Part shown: piece by piece, positions 13,553-26,179 of the stretch | How the letters are laid out: each line of letters begins with the position of its first letter | Numbering within the stretch: position 1 is the first letter of the stretch | Translations under genes and position numbers: made by a program | Assembly (NCBI GenBank): GCA_002633005.1 | Contig: NMRA01000287.1 | Coordinates: forward strand, 488,317 to 552,316 | Direction of reading: 5' to 3' | Length of the DNA stretch: 64,000 bases | From: Phoronis australis | Lineage: Eukaryota > Animalia > Phoronida | The notes under the pieces: generated by a model | What the model saw: only the letters and a program-made list of their open reading frames with translations | Databases searched by the model: none | What the model was told of the DNA's origin: nothing

Positions 13553-15193
13553 AATTTCCCTGAAACACTGCTGCCGCCGAACTACCATATGCAAGGATAG
13601 AAATTCCCTAAAACTGGTTGTAATTGTCTACTTCAAGTTCTATCAACCAAGAACATGTATACACATTTTAGAAAATGTATAAAAGGTGTTGGCCTGTTTT
13701 TATTTCTTCATGATTGCGTCACAAATAAACCTGTGTAACTGTTGGTCATACCTCAGTGATACTCTTCGTGTTTATCCTAAGTGGAAAACTAATTGGGTAC
13801 ATTTTGACACTCTATTGTCTCAAAATTTAAACCATTGTATCATAGAACCTGTGTCAAAATACAGCAGTGATTGGGTGAATTCAGAATTTTAAACAAAGTC
13901 GGAACAATGTTAATCTTTATACCCATATACCCCCTTGGATCTGCCCATCATGCATGGAATCGCATTTTTTCCAGAAACAACACATTGAGATGCCATTCCA
14001 AACAGGTTTCAATTGATTCCAAATATCATAATGGTATTGCGATACTAAAAACTCACACGCAACAAAAACATAACTGCCATTAAGAGGCGCCACGGTAATC
14101 GGCCGTCCAAAAGTCGTTTGTATATGTCCTCTTCCAGTGAGAAGATATCTGTCAATTAACATAATTATCTTAAGAGTGACTAGGCCAGCAGAGAAGGCGA
14201 TGCCAAAGCCAACTAAATAATAACAACAGCCACTCACAACCAGTTACCATGGCGTGTACAAACAACACATTGTTCGTATGTTCTTTAAAACAAACTTTGT
14301 CTGCAAGAGCTCAGTATGTATCAAAGCTTTTATGAAATGTGCTTCAAGAAAAAATGTCAGTCTGCTAAGGTTATTTTTGCACAATTTTGTTGTTTTTCCT
14401 TTAAGCTAATCTGACTGCTTGTAGACTATGGACTAAGGTAACATAACAGACACAGTAACAAGCTAAGTCCATTTCCTGTTGATGAATCCATTCGAGCTGG
14501 CCACTGCTGAAGAACATGGTTTGCTAATGTCGACTTCAAGGTTCAACTCATTTCATGTTTTTAATTCGGCAAGTTAATACTAAAAATTTGACCCATCTTT
14601 ATAGGGACTAAATGAGCTGAACAATTGTTTCTGCTATTAAATTCTCCCATGCAATGTTGTTTTATTTCAATTATATTTTCAGTTCTAAACACAGTTGCAC
14701 AGGGCTTCGAAGGTATAATTATATGCAAACTAAGAAAAATGCAAATAATTATTTTCTCCTTTAAAAAATTATCAACGACCATCTACTCCTTTTCAGACAT
14801 TTTGGCCAGGAATTCAAACAAATTCCATACTTGAAAGTTCAAAAGGCCAAAAATAACATGATTGGTCCTAAGTGTACGGGTCATTTTTGAAAACTGCCGG
14901 CTTTCCTTATAGACAGAAAAATTCGACCAAGTTCAGCTGGCATCATGTGGCACACATAAAGAGAACCTGTACCATTTCAGTCGGCATCAAGCGATGCTGG
15001 GAGAAATGTGTACCGTTCAGTTAAACTTGGCATAATAAGAATTTTTTTATCCCAAAATTTGGACATCTAAAAACTAGCACATCACATCAACATCAAAAAA
15101 TCACAATTGGAACCAAATATGCTGTTTTATAGGACTACCATTACACTCACTGGCCCTTGAACAAAATGAGTTTCTGCCTCACATTACATGTAG

Positions 15194-15337
15194 TGAATGA
15201 TGCAGTGTGGAGTCTTGCAGCATGGTTCATCCTAATATGTATTGAATGATGCAGTGTGGAGTCTTGCAGCATGGTTCAGCCTAATATGTATTGAATGATG
15301 CAGTGTGGAGTCTTGCAGCATGGTTCATCCTAATATC
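15194..15337. repeat. 49-bp unit repeated three times at the 3' end of the P transposase
   Basis: TGAATGATGCAGTGTGGAGTCTTGCAGCATGGTTCA.CCTAATAT starts at 15194, 15243 and 15292. Confidence 0.95.
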
Positions 15338-15694
15338 ATAAAACTTAGCTACTAACAAGTCGATCAATTCAAAATAATGCTTGTCAATACCATGTTGCAT
15401 GTCGATAGCATGCTCCTTCAAATGCAGTAGGTCACTGCTGCCACATTCTGCCTTAACACTAACACTTATCTGTTCAACAGAACAGATTGAACTTGCTGAC
15501 AGGATATTCATTCCTCTCCTCAATGCTTTCTCCGCACAGGTCAAAATATGGACATCGCCAGGTGATGGCACAATAAGTCCACCGTTGTTTTTAAGTTTCA
15601 GTAAGTGATAAAACTCTTCTGAATCACTAGACTGGGGGCTTCCACTAACCAAACTTTCTCGGCTCTCATTGGCTAAGTCCAGACGTCTCTTCAT
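15281..15694 (-). pseudogene. P-element transposase C-terminal fragment
   Basis: LKNNGGLIVPS..V..ILTCAEKALR..H..LIDLL..FYDIRMNH matches the THAP9/P transposase C-terminal pattern. Confidence 0.8.
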
Positions 15695-16143
15695 TTCTAT
15701 AGCAGTAGGGAGCTGGTAGGCATGATCCTAAAAGAGAGGGTGACAAGTCAACCACAATGTACTGTTGTTTACAATACCTCTTTGGACGAAAAAAGTTGGA
15801 CATAACACACTAATACCAATTTTTCCACCAAGGCAAGTGCGTGTGTGTGTATTGATTCGCTTAGTTGGAGATAAAAACTAAGCTGCTACACTTTTTAGTT
15901 GATGGTCTTACCTCAGCACTTCAGTAACTATTGGCTTTGATAATATGGTCTGTTCACAAGCAATTAAACAGCTTCTAGAAAAGAACTATAGGTCATACAT
16001 AGCTGTGACACAAGTACAGTGCTGTTATCACTACCTGTAGCAGGGCCAGTGTAAGCTGAGATGTCAGAGGATGATTGTTGACTATTTTTGGTCAATCTAG
16101 GAAGTGACTCCTTGGTCTGCAATATTCAAGACAGGACCTAGGT

Positions 16144-16299
16144 CAGTGGCGGGCTTAGAGGGGGGCCAAGGGGGTCATGGCCCCCTAAAATCTTCCCAGA
16201 TTCCATGTGGCAGTTCAGGGGTGCAAATGTCTAAGGGGCAATATCCTAACTAACAATCTGCCCTGCCCCCCTAACTCAAAATCCTGGATCCGCCCCCTG
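16144..16299. mobile_element. hAT-like MITE with 5-bp TSD
   Basis: CAGTGGCGGGCTTAG ... CTGGATCCGCCCCCTG; TAGGT on both sides; GGGGGTCATGGCCCCC subterminal palindrome. Confidence 0.75.
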
Positions 16300-16461
16300 T
16301 AGGTTATGAGCAGTCTCGCCATATGACTTTGGCAAATGACCCTTCATGGGAATATGTGATTTAAACTAAGTGAAAGCAACAACACCAATACAAAATATAA
16401 TGTAAGAGTGACAGATGACATATTGTAGCAAAATTCGAACACACAGTCTTAAACTACTTAC

Positions 16462-16665
16462 CTGTAGATGTGCAGGAAAATCAAAGACTTTAGGTACAGC
16501 ATTAAGTCGAATCCTAACAGTACAACCAGTGCGATCAAAGTCAGAATCACAAAAGTGTTGGGAGCACAAAAACTGTACAAGCTTGGTTCCCACACGCTGC
16601 CATCAGGTTTGCTTCGCCGTACAGCGCGATCCCACTGTTTTCGAAATGATTCATCCTTAGGAAAC
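16462..16665 (-). pseudogene. P transposase THAP exon 2 (frameshifted)
   Basis: FPKDESFRKQW..WEPS / [22 protein letters not shown]; AG acceptor and GTAAGT donor; one frameshift. Confidence 0.85.
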
Positions 16666-17053
16666 CTACCACAAGAAATATGAGAAAATACAAAAGACAC
16701 AAAAACATAACAAATGACTGATAAGGCCAGACGAGGGTGTTAGGAATCCCTACTTTACACACCCACCAGGTCACCAGGATCCACGCTTGGAAATATTAAG
16801 TCAAACAGACCCATGCCCAGTTTTGCTAAGTTGGCTATGTCTTCATAACATTAAGGATGACATAATTACTTGTGAAATGTGATTTTAGAACGAATTCAAA
16901 GAACATCTGACAGTTTCAAGGTCCATATACACAACTTTTGCCCAGTGCAACTTGAGATCGTTCATCATTATAAATCAATTTTGTGAACATTCAATCACAG
17001 TGGCGCACACCAAACACTAACAATAACAATAACAAGCACCGTGTCACTATTAC

Positions 17054-17133
17054 CTATGAAATATGATATTTCGTTGCTTAGACTCTTCTGTCCTGGCATT
17101 TTTGCAGTTAAAAGCTACACAATACACGGGCAT
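17054..17133 (-). pseudogene. P transposase THAP exon 1 (MPVYCVAFNCKNARTEESKQRNIIFHR)
   Basis: ATG plus CxxxxC..FH, phase-2 GT donor matching exon 2. Confidence 0.85.
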
Positions 17134-19629
17134 GACGCCCCACTATCGTCCATCAGCAAGATGGCGGACCACTTCGCACAACGAAAACCACGTGATGTCA
17201 ACTCTAGTTATATTTATCTCATTGGTATCTCCATGCATAAATACCGAGATTCAGTTTGACGGCATACCACGTGCGGGGTGCACACAGACAGTATTAATGC
17301 AGATGATTTCGTCATGAACGGAGCTAGGTGCGAGTGTAGACCGGTATGTGGTTCTATATGTAGGTCACCATGCAGTTTCCAAAACCGGCGTACCTATTTC
17401 AGGTGTGTGAGGTGTGCCCATTCTAGTTACATGTAGGTGATGTTGAGGACATTATTTACGGCTACACGTACGGTTGACGAATCCAGTTGTGTTTTTAAAC
17501 CTGGAGACTCGTGGGTTAAGAGTTACAAAATATAAGCTAAAAATGGTGAAATTACAGCTTAACAAGCATTCCACTGGTTACCTGTTAAAGTGCGATTTTT
17601 TTCTTTTCTATGTACGTTTATACCTGGCCTTCACTTGAGATGTTTTGCACTTTTTTGAAATTAATGGTATTTATCCAATACAAGCTGTACTTCAAGGAAT
17701 TTTGCATGGTATACAATTCGGTTAAAAACAATGAAATGACCATTGTTAGTCTATGCTGATTGAATATTATTACCTTGTACATTGTTATTTTTGGTAATAA
17801 TCCTAGTCTCCTCGGTAATGATTTTTCGCATTTGCTTATAATAAATTGCTCACGACACCGCGTTCAACTTTTGCAAGAACTTCAATGCGAAAATGTTTAC
17901 TTGCCCTGCACTGTTATCAATAAATGTAAATGAAAGGTTTAGTTGCTTATTTCAATGAATTCTGTTGCCACAACGATAAGTAGCAACATTGTTCAGGAAG
18001 CCCTCCAAGCGACTATCACTGCGTAATGAAACCCGGAGGATAGCTTATAAGGATAGCGGAAAGGGTACACACTTCATCATGGCTGTTTTTGCACTGATAT
18101 TGGACTTTGACTTCGAATTCCTTAAAGCATGGAAGCCATTGTCGGCTTCTTTATGCCACAGTTGAAATGCCGAAAGCAGCAAGCTAACTGGGGCGACGAA
18201 GTCGGCGGTGTCAACTTTAATCCTGGCAGTGCTACCTCGTGCATGCGCGGATGTCTGCCACAGTGAACCTGACAGTACCGGGCTGCAGCTAACGTCCGTA
18301 AAGTAAATGTTTATTGGTAGGTCAAGCTATGTTGTGGACCAATTGCTGAGCACTTACATGAATGAACTGCAATCATAGTACAGTAGCCAACACATTGTTC
18401 GAAAATGCCACAATGTTGACATTGTATGAATTGTTTATGCATATTGTTTTGATGGAACGTGAGGTTCCATTTGTTATTAAGAACGCTAATGTATATAGAT
18501 AAACGCTTCTGTTGGCGGCAAGCAGATCTCGCGTCAGGCGCAGCTTTATGTAGAGACGACACGGTCATGTTCACGGCAGTAATCAATGCTTACAAATCCC
18601 GGTGTTGATAGAGAAGTGAGTGGTCTGCGTGTGTGAAATGGCGATCTATGCGAGCGAAGCCGTCGTGATTGCCATTCTATGGTCCGAGTATTGGCTTTTC
18701 GGTCTTACCTGTGACATTTGTCAATGGACTCCAAACAGTGCACTGACTATATTTAGAATTTTTACAAATCAACCGCGATACGGACTTTTGTTGGAGGAGA
18801 CTTCGGTCATCACTTACCTGCTATGTGCCGATAGGTGTTTGGGGACAAAACTCTGCAATACAATAGTGTATGATGACCTGCTTTGTCGAATGTTTGAACT
18901 ACAGGGACCAACTCAGTCGGATCCGAATTTGGAGATATTGACAACGTACTCAATGGTAGATGAAAGAGCGTTGGCTAATTACGTAAGTCAAATTAGGAAA
19001 TTTTGTTGTGCTCAATTCCAGCGGTCTCACTGGAGTTCAGCTTTGAACTGGATCTAAAATTAACTTTCAACGGGATCAGATTACATATGTACAAGTTTTT
19101 GGCCTCTCAACTGATTTACAAAAACTACAAACCTGATTCTATAACCCTATTTATATCCATAAACATGTAAATCAGAAACCTACGAATTTGTTGATCAAAA
19201 CTGAATATTATAAGCATTTTCGGCAGGCATACTTGCAGGTTTTTGACGGGTATCCCGGGAAAATTGGAGATAGGGCATTCATAGTAAGGTGCATTTTTGC
19301 TCATTTCCGAGGTACCTATAACGGTTTCTGAGTTGAACTTGACCTCAGAAGAAAGCTGGAACATTTGTTTGTTATTGCCAGTACACTCGTTTGACTTGTA
19401 CACGGTCACCCCGATGGTAGCCTCGATAGCAGTTTTCCACATCTGGGAAATCCTTACAAAAAGTCATAACAACCATTTTCAAAAGCGATACATGTACTGT
19501 TCTTATGATACTATGGGAAACAGTAACATTATTCTAAATCTAACCATCGGAAATATTCATTTTGTGTTAACAAACAGCGGTCATCTTCAAAATTAAACCC
19601 TTTCGATGCCGGCCAATCCGCCTGTATTT

Positions 19630-19910
19630 TTCACAGTAATGGACCAGGCAGAAACAGCTAAGGAGCTAAACAATAGTGAGGAACTACACATCAGTAGGTT
19701 CAAGCCCAATCTCAATAGGCAACTGACACACCATAGGTTGTCATTGTTGGTCTAGTTTATTGTCACTCCCTGTAACTGACTGTATCTGTGCTTCATTACT
19801 TGTTGCTGGGCCTAGGTAGGTGGCCACTATATTCTCTCTTCTGATGATGGTGTTTGAATAAATGACACCGAAACATGTCAAGTCTATTTAAAACCGTGGA
19901 TGTTTTTATT
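19630..19910 (+). mobile_element. Penelope-like retroelement 3' fragment (GIY-YIG C-terminus plus terminal-repeat region)
   Basis: FTVMDQAETAKELNNSEELHISRFKPNLNRQ..* (19630-19755) fits the Penelope endonuclease end (E.L.I....P.LN.Q); a hammerhead motif follows. Confidence 0.75.
19838..19882 (+). ncRNA. Minimal type I hammerhead ribozyme motif
   Basis: CUU-CUGAUGA-U-GGUGUU(loop)GACACC-GAAA-CAU-GUC-AAG: core boxes, 6-bp stem II, palindromic ACAUGU stem III, 3-bp stem I. Confidence 0.65.
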
Positions 19911-20404
19911 AAGAAAATACCTATGAAAAATCATTAAATGAGCAGCTATTGTTGATATCAAGTCATCAATTTTTCTCAAATGATATACAATTCAAAAAAG
20001 CAACAGGTGTCTCTGTTACCCCTGCCAGATAGGGGCCTCTGGTGTGGTTTTGCAGTCGCAAAATTGAGTTATTGAATTCAATAATCCAGTAAACTAATAC
20101 GCTCCACAAGAGCTTCCCTTTACAATTTTCTTCGATTTTTCGAAATTCATGAGTGAATCATTACGTGCACGTTTTCAAGTGCGTTTAGACGACCTGTGGT
20201 GCAAAAGCGGAGACCCCAACAACAATGCCCTAGCCAGGGTCCTCAAAAGATAAACCAAGCACTGATACAGAGTTGTTTAATGTTCTCTTGAACTTTCTCT
20301 CGTATCGGCATTGAACAGTTTTTCTTTCCTCGACTGTCCACGCCCCACGCATATATCGGTTGCCACGGTTTAACCCTGGCGCCTGAATTTGTTTGGGGTT
20401 GCTC

Positions 20405-21590
20405 GAAATGTACAGTAACACGAGACTGATACGTACCGTATGATGTATCTGAAATGTTTGAGTGCAATGTAAGGCGAGACTGAAATTTACTGTGCAATGT
20501 AAGACGAGACTTAAATGTACTGTTCAATGTAAGACCAGACATAAATGTACTGTAAAACAAGACTGAAAAGTAATGTTAGTTGAGACTGAAACTTACTGTA
20601 AGGCGAGACTGAAGTGTAATGTAAGGCGCTACCGATATGTATTATACAGCAAAACTGAAATGTATTGTAAAACGGGATTGAAATGAACTGTCAGACAAAT
20701 TTGAAATGTACTTTAAGGCAACACTGAAATGAATTTTAAGGCAAGACTGAAATGTAATGAACGGAAAAATTAAAATCAATTGTGATGCAAGATTGAAAGG
20801 TACTGTAAGGCAAAACAGAAATGCTCTGTAAGGTGAGACTGATATCAGCTGTAAGGGGTGAATGAAATGTACTGTATTTGAAGACCGAAGCGTAGTGTAA
20901 GACAACAGTGAATTATTCTGAAAGGTGTGAGTGAAAAGACAGACGATACTGAATTGAACTGTAAGGTGCGTAACTGAAATGCAATCTAAGGTCAGGTAGA
21001 CTTGTACTGCAAAGGCGAGACTGAAATATACTGTCAGACTAAAGTAAATTTAAGTGTAAGGACAGACTAAAATGTACTGTAATGCGTGATTGAAACGTAC
21101 TGCAAGGTGATACTGAAATGTATTATAAGGCGAGTCTGGAATGCACTGTAAGGCGAGATTTAATTGGACTGTAAGGAAAGAAACGTAAGACTGAAATGTA
21201 ATGTAAAGCTGGAATGTAATGTAAGTCAAGACTGAAATGCACTGTAAAGTAAAAGTAAAATATAATCTGACGGGGTACTGAAAAGGAACTGAAATGCAAA
21301 CTTTAATATGGTGTAAGGCGATACTGAAATGCTGCAAGGTAATACTAAAATGTGCTGTTAAGCGAAACTTATATGTACTGTAATGCCAGACCGAAATGCA
21401 CTGTAAGGTGAGGCTGAAATGTACTATATGGCGAAACTATTTGTAAGACGAAAATTAAAAGCACTGTAAGGCGAGACTGAATTGAATGTAAGGGAACTGA
21501 ACTGTACTCTAAGGCGTGACTGATATTTACTGTAAGACGGGACTTAATTGAATTGTAAGATGACTGATCTGCAAGGTAAGACTGAAGTAT
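20405..21590. repeat. ~1.2-kb degenerate ~23-bp minisatellite
   Basis: About 50 diverged copies of GTAAGGCGAGACTGAAATGTACT. Confidence 0.9.
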
Positions 21591-21605
21591 GGTTCAAGGT
21601 GACAG

Positions 21606-21677
21606 AGGGTGATATTGGTCACAACTGTGACGCCTTCTTGGTACCGATCGTGCAATAAAACAAATGGTAGCATACAG
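21606..21677 (+). CDS. Candidate leader exon of the EAR-discoidin-LamG gene (RVILVTTVTPSWYRSCNKTNGSIQ)
   Basis: Ends CAG|GTAGAT in phase 0, compatible with exon 23637; has a paralog at 1155; acceptor is weak and there is no in-frame ATG upstream. Confidence 0.3.
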
Positions 21678-22578
21678 GTAGATGCCTCTATTTCAGTTTA
21701 AATGTACTTTGACTGGAAGACTATGAAAGGATTTTTATGTTTAATGAAATTGCAGACTGTGATGTGATATTGCCCTGGTCAATTGAATAAGATTAATAAA
21801 TGAATTACACCCACAACGAATCCTCATTTTTGTCAAAAATCAAAAGCAATCTTTAGCATCTTAGACCAGAAGTTGTAATGCTTGAATAGAAAGTGTTATT
21901 GCGATTTGTAAAGAAAAATGGTCAGCGTTCTAATATAGCTTTTTACATTGACTATAAACGAATGATGTACTATTGAGAATTATTTAATGCCAAGTGAATA
22001 TGCCTTATTAAATATATTAAATATTTAGCAACTGTGCGGATGTGCAAATGTAAATCTGATGTTTTTGTGAATTCGTAATGTTGGCTTGAGGCTTGTTTAC
22101 TCTAATTAACACGTGTTCATTATCTACATGTACCTCCGGTTGTGCGCATGCTTGAGTTTTCATCTAGTGATGTTAGTGCGTAGCCAATACCGGAATTTTC
22201 CGTAGATTAGACCATCCGATGAAACGCCCATGGGAGTTTATTCGGAATATTATGCCGAATACACGCCCATGGACGTTTATTTGGTGTTTCCAATGGTGTG
22301 GTCAAGTGTCGAGACAGTGGGGAGTTTATTTGGGAATTTTCCTCTTAAAAGCCTACTCAGAGTCAACGTTTTGTCACAAATACAGTTTTGCGGAGCATTT
22401 ATCAATTTAAAAACGAACAAAGTGTCGGTGAGCTATGCATGTATTAACATAAAATTAAACATTGCAGTTTTAAGTAAAACATGTCAAAGTCTGGAAAACT
22501 ATGACTTTCCAGTTACAAGTTCCCTTTCCGAATGTTACCTGAGCTGCATGTTGGCATAAGCTGTCCTTGGTTATTATC

Positions 22579-22615
22579 ATCCTGATGACGTATAATTAAT
22601 TGACGAAACGTTGAT
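22579..22615 (+). ncRNA. Second minimal hammerhead-like motif
   Basis: AUC-CUGAUGA-C-GU..AC-GAAA-C-GUU-GAU; palindromic AACGUU stem III; stem II is weak and AU-rich. Confidence 0.45.
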
Positions 22616-22710
22616 TTAAAATGAGCCCTTTTATTTGAGCGGCAATCATCCGTCTTTTAAAATTAATTAAAGATCAACGGTCAAATCGTTTTTTAAGAAA
22701 TATGCATTGC

Positions 22711-22787
22711 AAACAAACACACACAAACACACACGAACACGAGCGCGCACGCACGCACACAGTCATACATGCACGCACTCGGACGCA

Positions 22788-22831
<44 letters not shown>

Positions 22832-22832
22832 C
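22711..22832. repeat. (CA)n microsatellite
   Basis: Directly visible. Confidence 0.95.
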
Positions 22833-23231
22833 GTATAGGTAACAGGTTTCGATTAAACCAAATCACTCCAAGCCCCATTCCTTTTTTCAAAACACAAGTA
22901 ATAACATATTCAATCACGTGTTTTGGAGTAAAATGGAACATTTAGACGATTTCATGAACTGGAAAACGGCGTAGTTGCGAAATGTTGATTCGCTTTCATA
23001 AAGAAGGTGACACTGTGGCTTTACGGTAAAAAAATGTGAATGCTTCTCTTTATGGACATATTTTAATGAAATTGTAAATCTTCGAGAATATTACTCTTTC
23101 ATGAGACGAGTTCTATCCCTCATAGCTCAACTTGGGACTCCTGCAATGGCAGCCTTATGCAGGACCCCAAGCAAGGCTATATAGAGTTATTGCTGTTTAC
23201 CAAACAAAACTCTTCATCGCAACCTGTGGTC

Positions 23232-23622
23232 TAACCAACATCACAAGAAAATTGTGATAGTGCAAGTGTCGATGCAAACTTTCAATAGCTTAAGGATTCC
23301 CCGAAAGCATAAGCTTTCATTGGTTTCGGTTTACACACAGACCACCTAGCGCAGGATACACGTCTCCCGTATGTATAAGCTTATACAGTATAATTCTAGT
23401 ACCAACCATTGCTCTTACTCCTTTCATAACCAACATCACAAGAAAATTGTGATAGTGCAAGTGTCGATGCAAACTTTCAATAGCTTAAGGATTCCCCGAA
23501 AGCATAAGCTTTCATTGGTTTCGGTTTACACACAGACCACCTAGCGCAGGATACACGTCTCCCGTATGTATAAGCTTATACAGTATAACTCTAGTACCAA
23601 CCATTGCTCTTACTCCTTTCAT
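23232..23622. repeat. Near-perfect 195-bp tandem duplication
   Basis: Copies start at 23232 and 23427; one substitution seen. Confidence 0.95.
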
Positions 23623-23636
23623 ATCTTTTCTTTAAG

Positions 23637-23739
23637 GAGAACTCAGTAAAATTGTGTGCAAAGAACAGACAATGCATGCCTGACCTCTACTGTCGCGCAG
23701 AATGTCTGGAAAAGGAATCGTGCAACTGTCACCAGTCAG
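23637..23739 (+). CDS. Cys-rich exon (ENSVKLCAKNRQCMPDLYCRAECLEKESCNCHQS)
   Basis: Pyrimidine tract plus AG, GTAGG donor, phase 0 to 1; six Cys; conserved paralog at 2895. Confidence 0.7.
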
Positions 23740-26179
23740 GTAGGGTGTTGGGTGTCACTTTTCTTGCGTCATGTGCAGCAGCAACAACGTTGACGTATTT
23801 TAGATATTATTGGCCAGAGTTATAGGCTCTGAATAACAGCAGTTGCCAGTTTGATATTTGTCTAGTACCCGCCTAATTTATGCAAGTTATCCAAAAACTA
23901 GACACTCTAGTTTGAATGCGTGCCCATTGTAAATGGGATCACACATATCTCTGGATATGATTTACAACGACTTTTAATGTTTTATGTCATTCATGAGGAA
24001 TGCAAAATATGTGAGGAAAAATAAAGTTTCTTCGCGGCAGTTGGAATAAGAGGTCACCCACAAGGAGGTTTGCGCGACTCCGTCCGCTGAATAAAATGCA
24101 ATGAACTTGTCTTAACGTGTTATTCAAACAAGCAGAGAAAGGTATGATGATGTCTTCAATTATGGGTGTTTCAAATGAGATATATTCGTGTAAAATCTAA
24201 TTTCACTTAAAGTGTTCACTCCCATGTGCCACGCATTCCGTCACTCTGGTTCGCATATTCATTGTTGTGTTCATTCCACGCCTTGTGGTTCGTCTAACGC
24301 AACTCAGTTCACAATAGACTGAAAGAACAATGCAATAGAATAGTCGCTCTCGTAAGCTTGTAACAGTAACACTCCAAACGACTACACGCCGTGATTAAAA
24401 ATGTTTTAAATATCATGACACGTAATCTAACCTATTTGACATTCTGCCGTATGGCTACGTGGCAGTAAACTTCCGGAAACAGTACCAAATTTACTTGGCC
24501 TGAAACGTCTTCGTATGTGGGTAATGACCAGAGAACCCAATTGAGAGTCAACCAATATTCCTATCTTGGTCGTAAAAATTCCGACAGTAATTTTTACCGA
24601 AAGACCCCCCCCCCAAACACAAGCACACATAAAGGCATACACACAACCAACGGTCTGCAGTATTTAAGACAAGTATAACTTTGGACATGCAGACGTAATT
24701 AAACTGTACCAAGAACATGTAATAAATTTTCGTTTGATCCAGTAAAAACCATTTGTGTTAGGGTAAAGGGTGAAATTTGATTGGTCATCAATTTCTTGAA
24801 TAAGGCATACTATAAGCATTTCAGACGCCATATTTTCTTGGAAAGGAAGTTTTGTCTGATAATCTGTTATTACACATTATCGCGTTTCTCCAACGGATGC
24901 CAATCACTCAAGCAAGTGATGGGAAGTCAGTTTTGTTTACTTTCCAATCAGACAAATAGCACCTAATCTCCTATTATTGTACCTTATAGTAGCAAAGTAT
25001 TCGGAAGTTATCCTTACACATTCGCACAAGATTTGTGCTCTTTCGCTGAAGTGAGCAAGTAGGTGACTTCAAGTGACCAAAATTTCTATTGTTTGTACTT
25101 TGCTCTGAGCTTAGGTGAATTCTTTGTCTAGTGCTTTTTCATAATCAATCGTAACTATAGCTAACGCCTGCGCATGCACTTTCAAATGTGGTGAATGTTT
25201 TATGGAGGGATTCCCCATCTTACTCTACAAACAGTCCTCTACCGAAGATTAATCTTGGCGTGACGTCATAATTTTCCTGTTTTCGGAAGCTGTTAAATTG
25301 GAACTGAGAATCAAATAATGCACACTCATAATTTTTCAAATATTTCAGATGCACAAGTAAGCATTTTAATGGATATTTCATAACACACCTTCTGTGCTAG
25401 ATGCTGTTACGAAGAAAAACTTGAGTACATTTTTTTCAGTTGGAGAATTTGGTGCAGGTAGCCTTTCCTTTCTTTGCTTCTGATATTCACGTTTGACGTC
25501 AGTGCATGTGCCATACAATTACATCTAGAACGAAAATGTCATGAATGGCCTTGGGTCAGCAAACACCATTATCTAAACGAAGACACCGTAATGTCAATGT
25601 TTTTACTGCATGGGAAACATTTTTCTTTACATTTTTTTACAAATAATTTACCAAGATAAATACAGCGGAGGTAATATCCTTTTGTTTGTTAAATTCAATG
25701 CCACATATGTCAAACGCTTTTTATGAATGTTATCATTAGAAATAAGCCACAGTTCTATTTCTAAGAACATGAGAACATTTGTTTTGAGTGTCGTCAGTAA
25801 CGGACCATTCAATGACAACTAGCGACCCCTATCACACAAAAATACGACACACATTAGATTGAATTTCAAAAAAAATCGATATAACGATCCACCATAACTT
25901 AAAATGAACATTAATTATTTGATGCATGTCCATGCTTGTCATTGTCAAAGAAAATTTTCAAACGTATTAAATTCAAAGTCAATGAACCTCACTTGCTGAA
26001 TATCAAGATTGACTATCTTGCATAAAATCACCTGAGGAAATGATTTATTGTAACAATCACACCTACACATTTTAGTAATATACATGTAATTATTGCCTCA
26101 ACTTGTGTAACAGAACGTCTTACACACTATGGCCGTTCTCTAGAAAGGTCAAACTCAGGTAAAACCAAGCTTTTAAACA

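Larger units (their letters stand above)
12688..17235 (-). mobile_element. Internally deleted P-element (THAP9-like) DNA transposon
   Basis: Termini CATAGAGAT / ATCTCCATG with an inverted subterminal GGTCCGCCAT..TGATGGACGAT; spliced THAP exons and a transposase C-terminus inside; 8-bp TSD only 5/8 matching. Confidence 0.8.

Noticed and set aside
20405-21590. CRISPR-like array
   Set aside because: Units are contiguous and degenerate with no unique spacers or cas genes; eukaryotic minisatellite.
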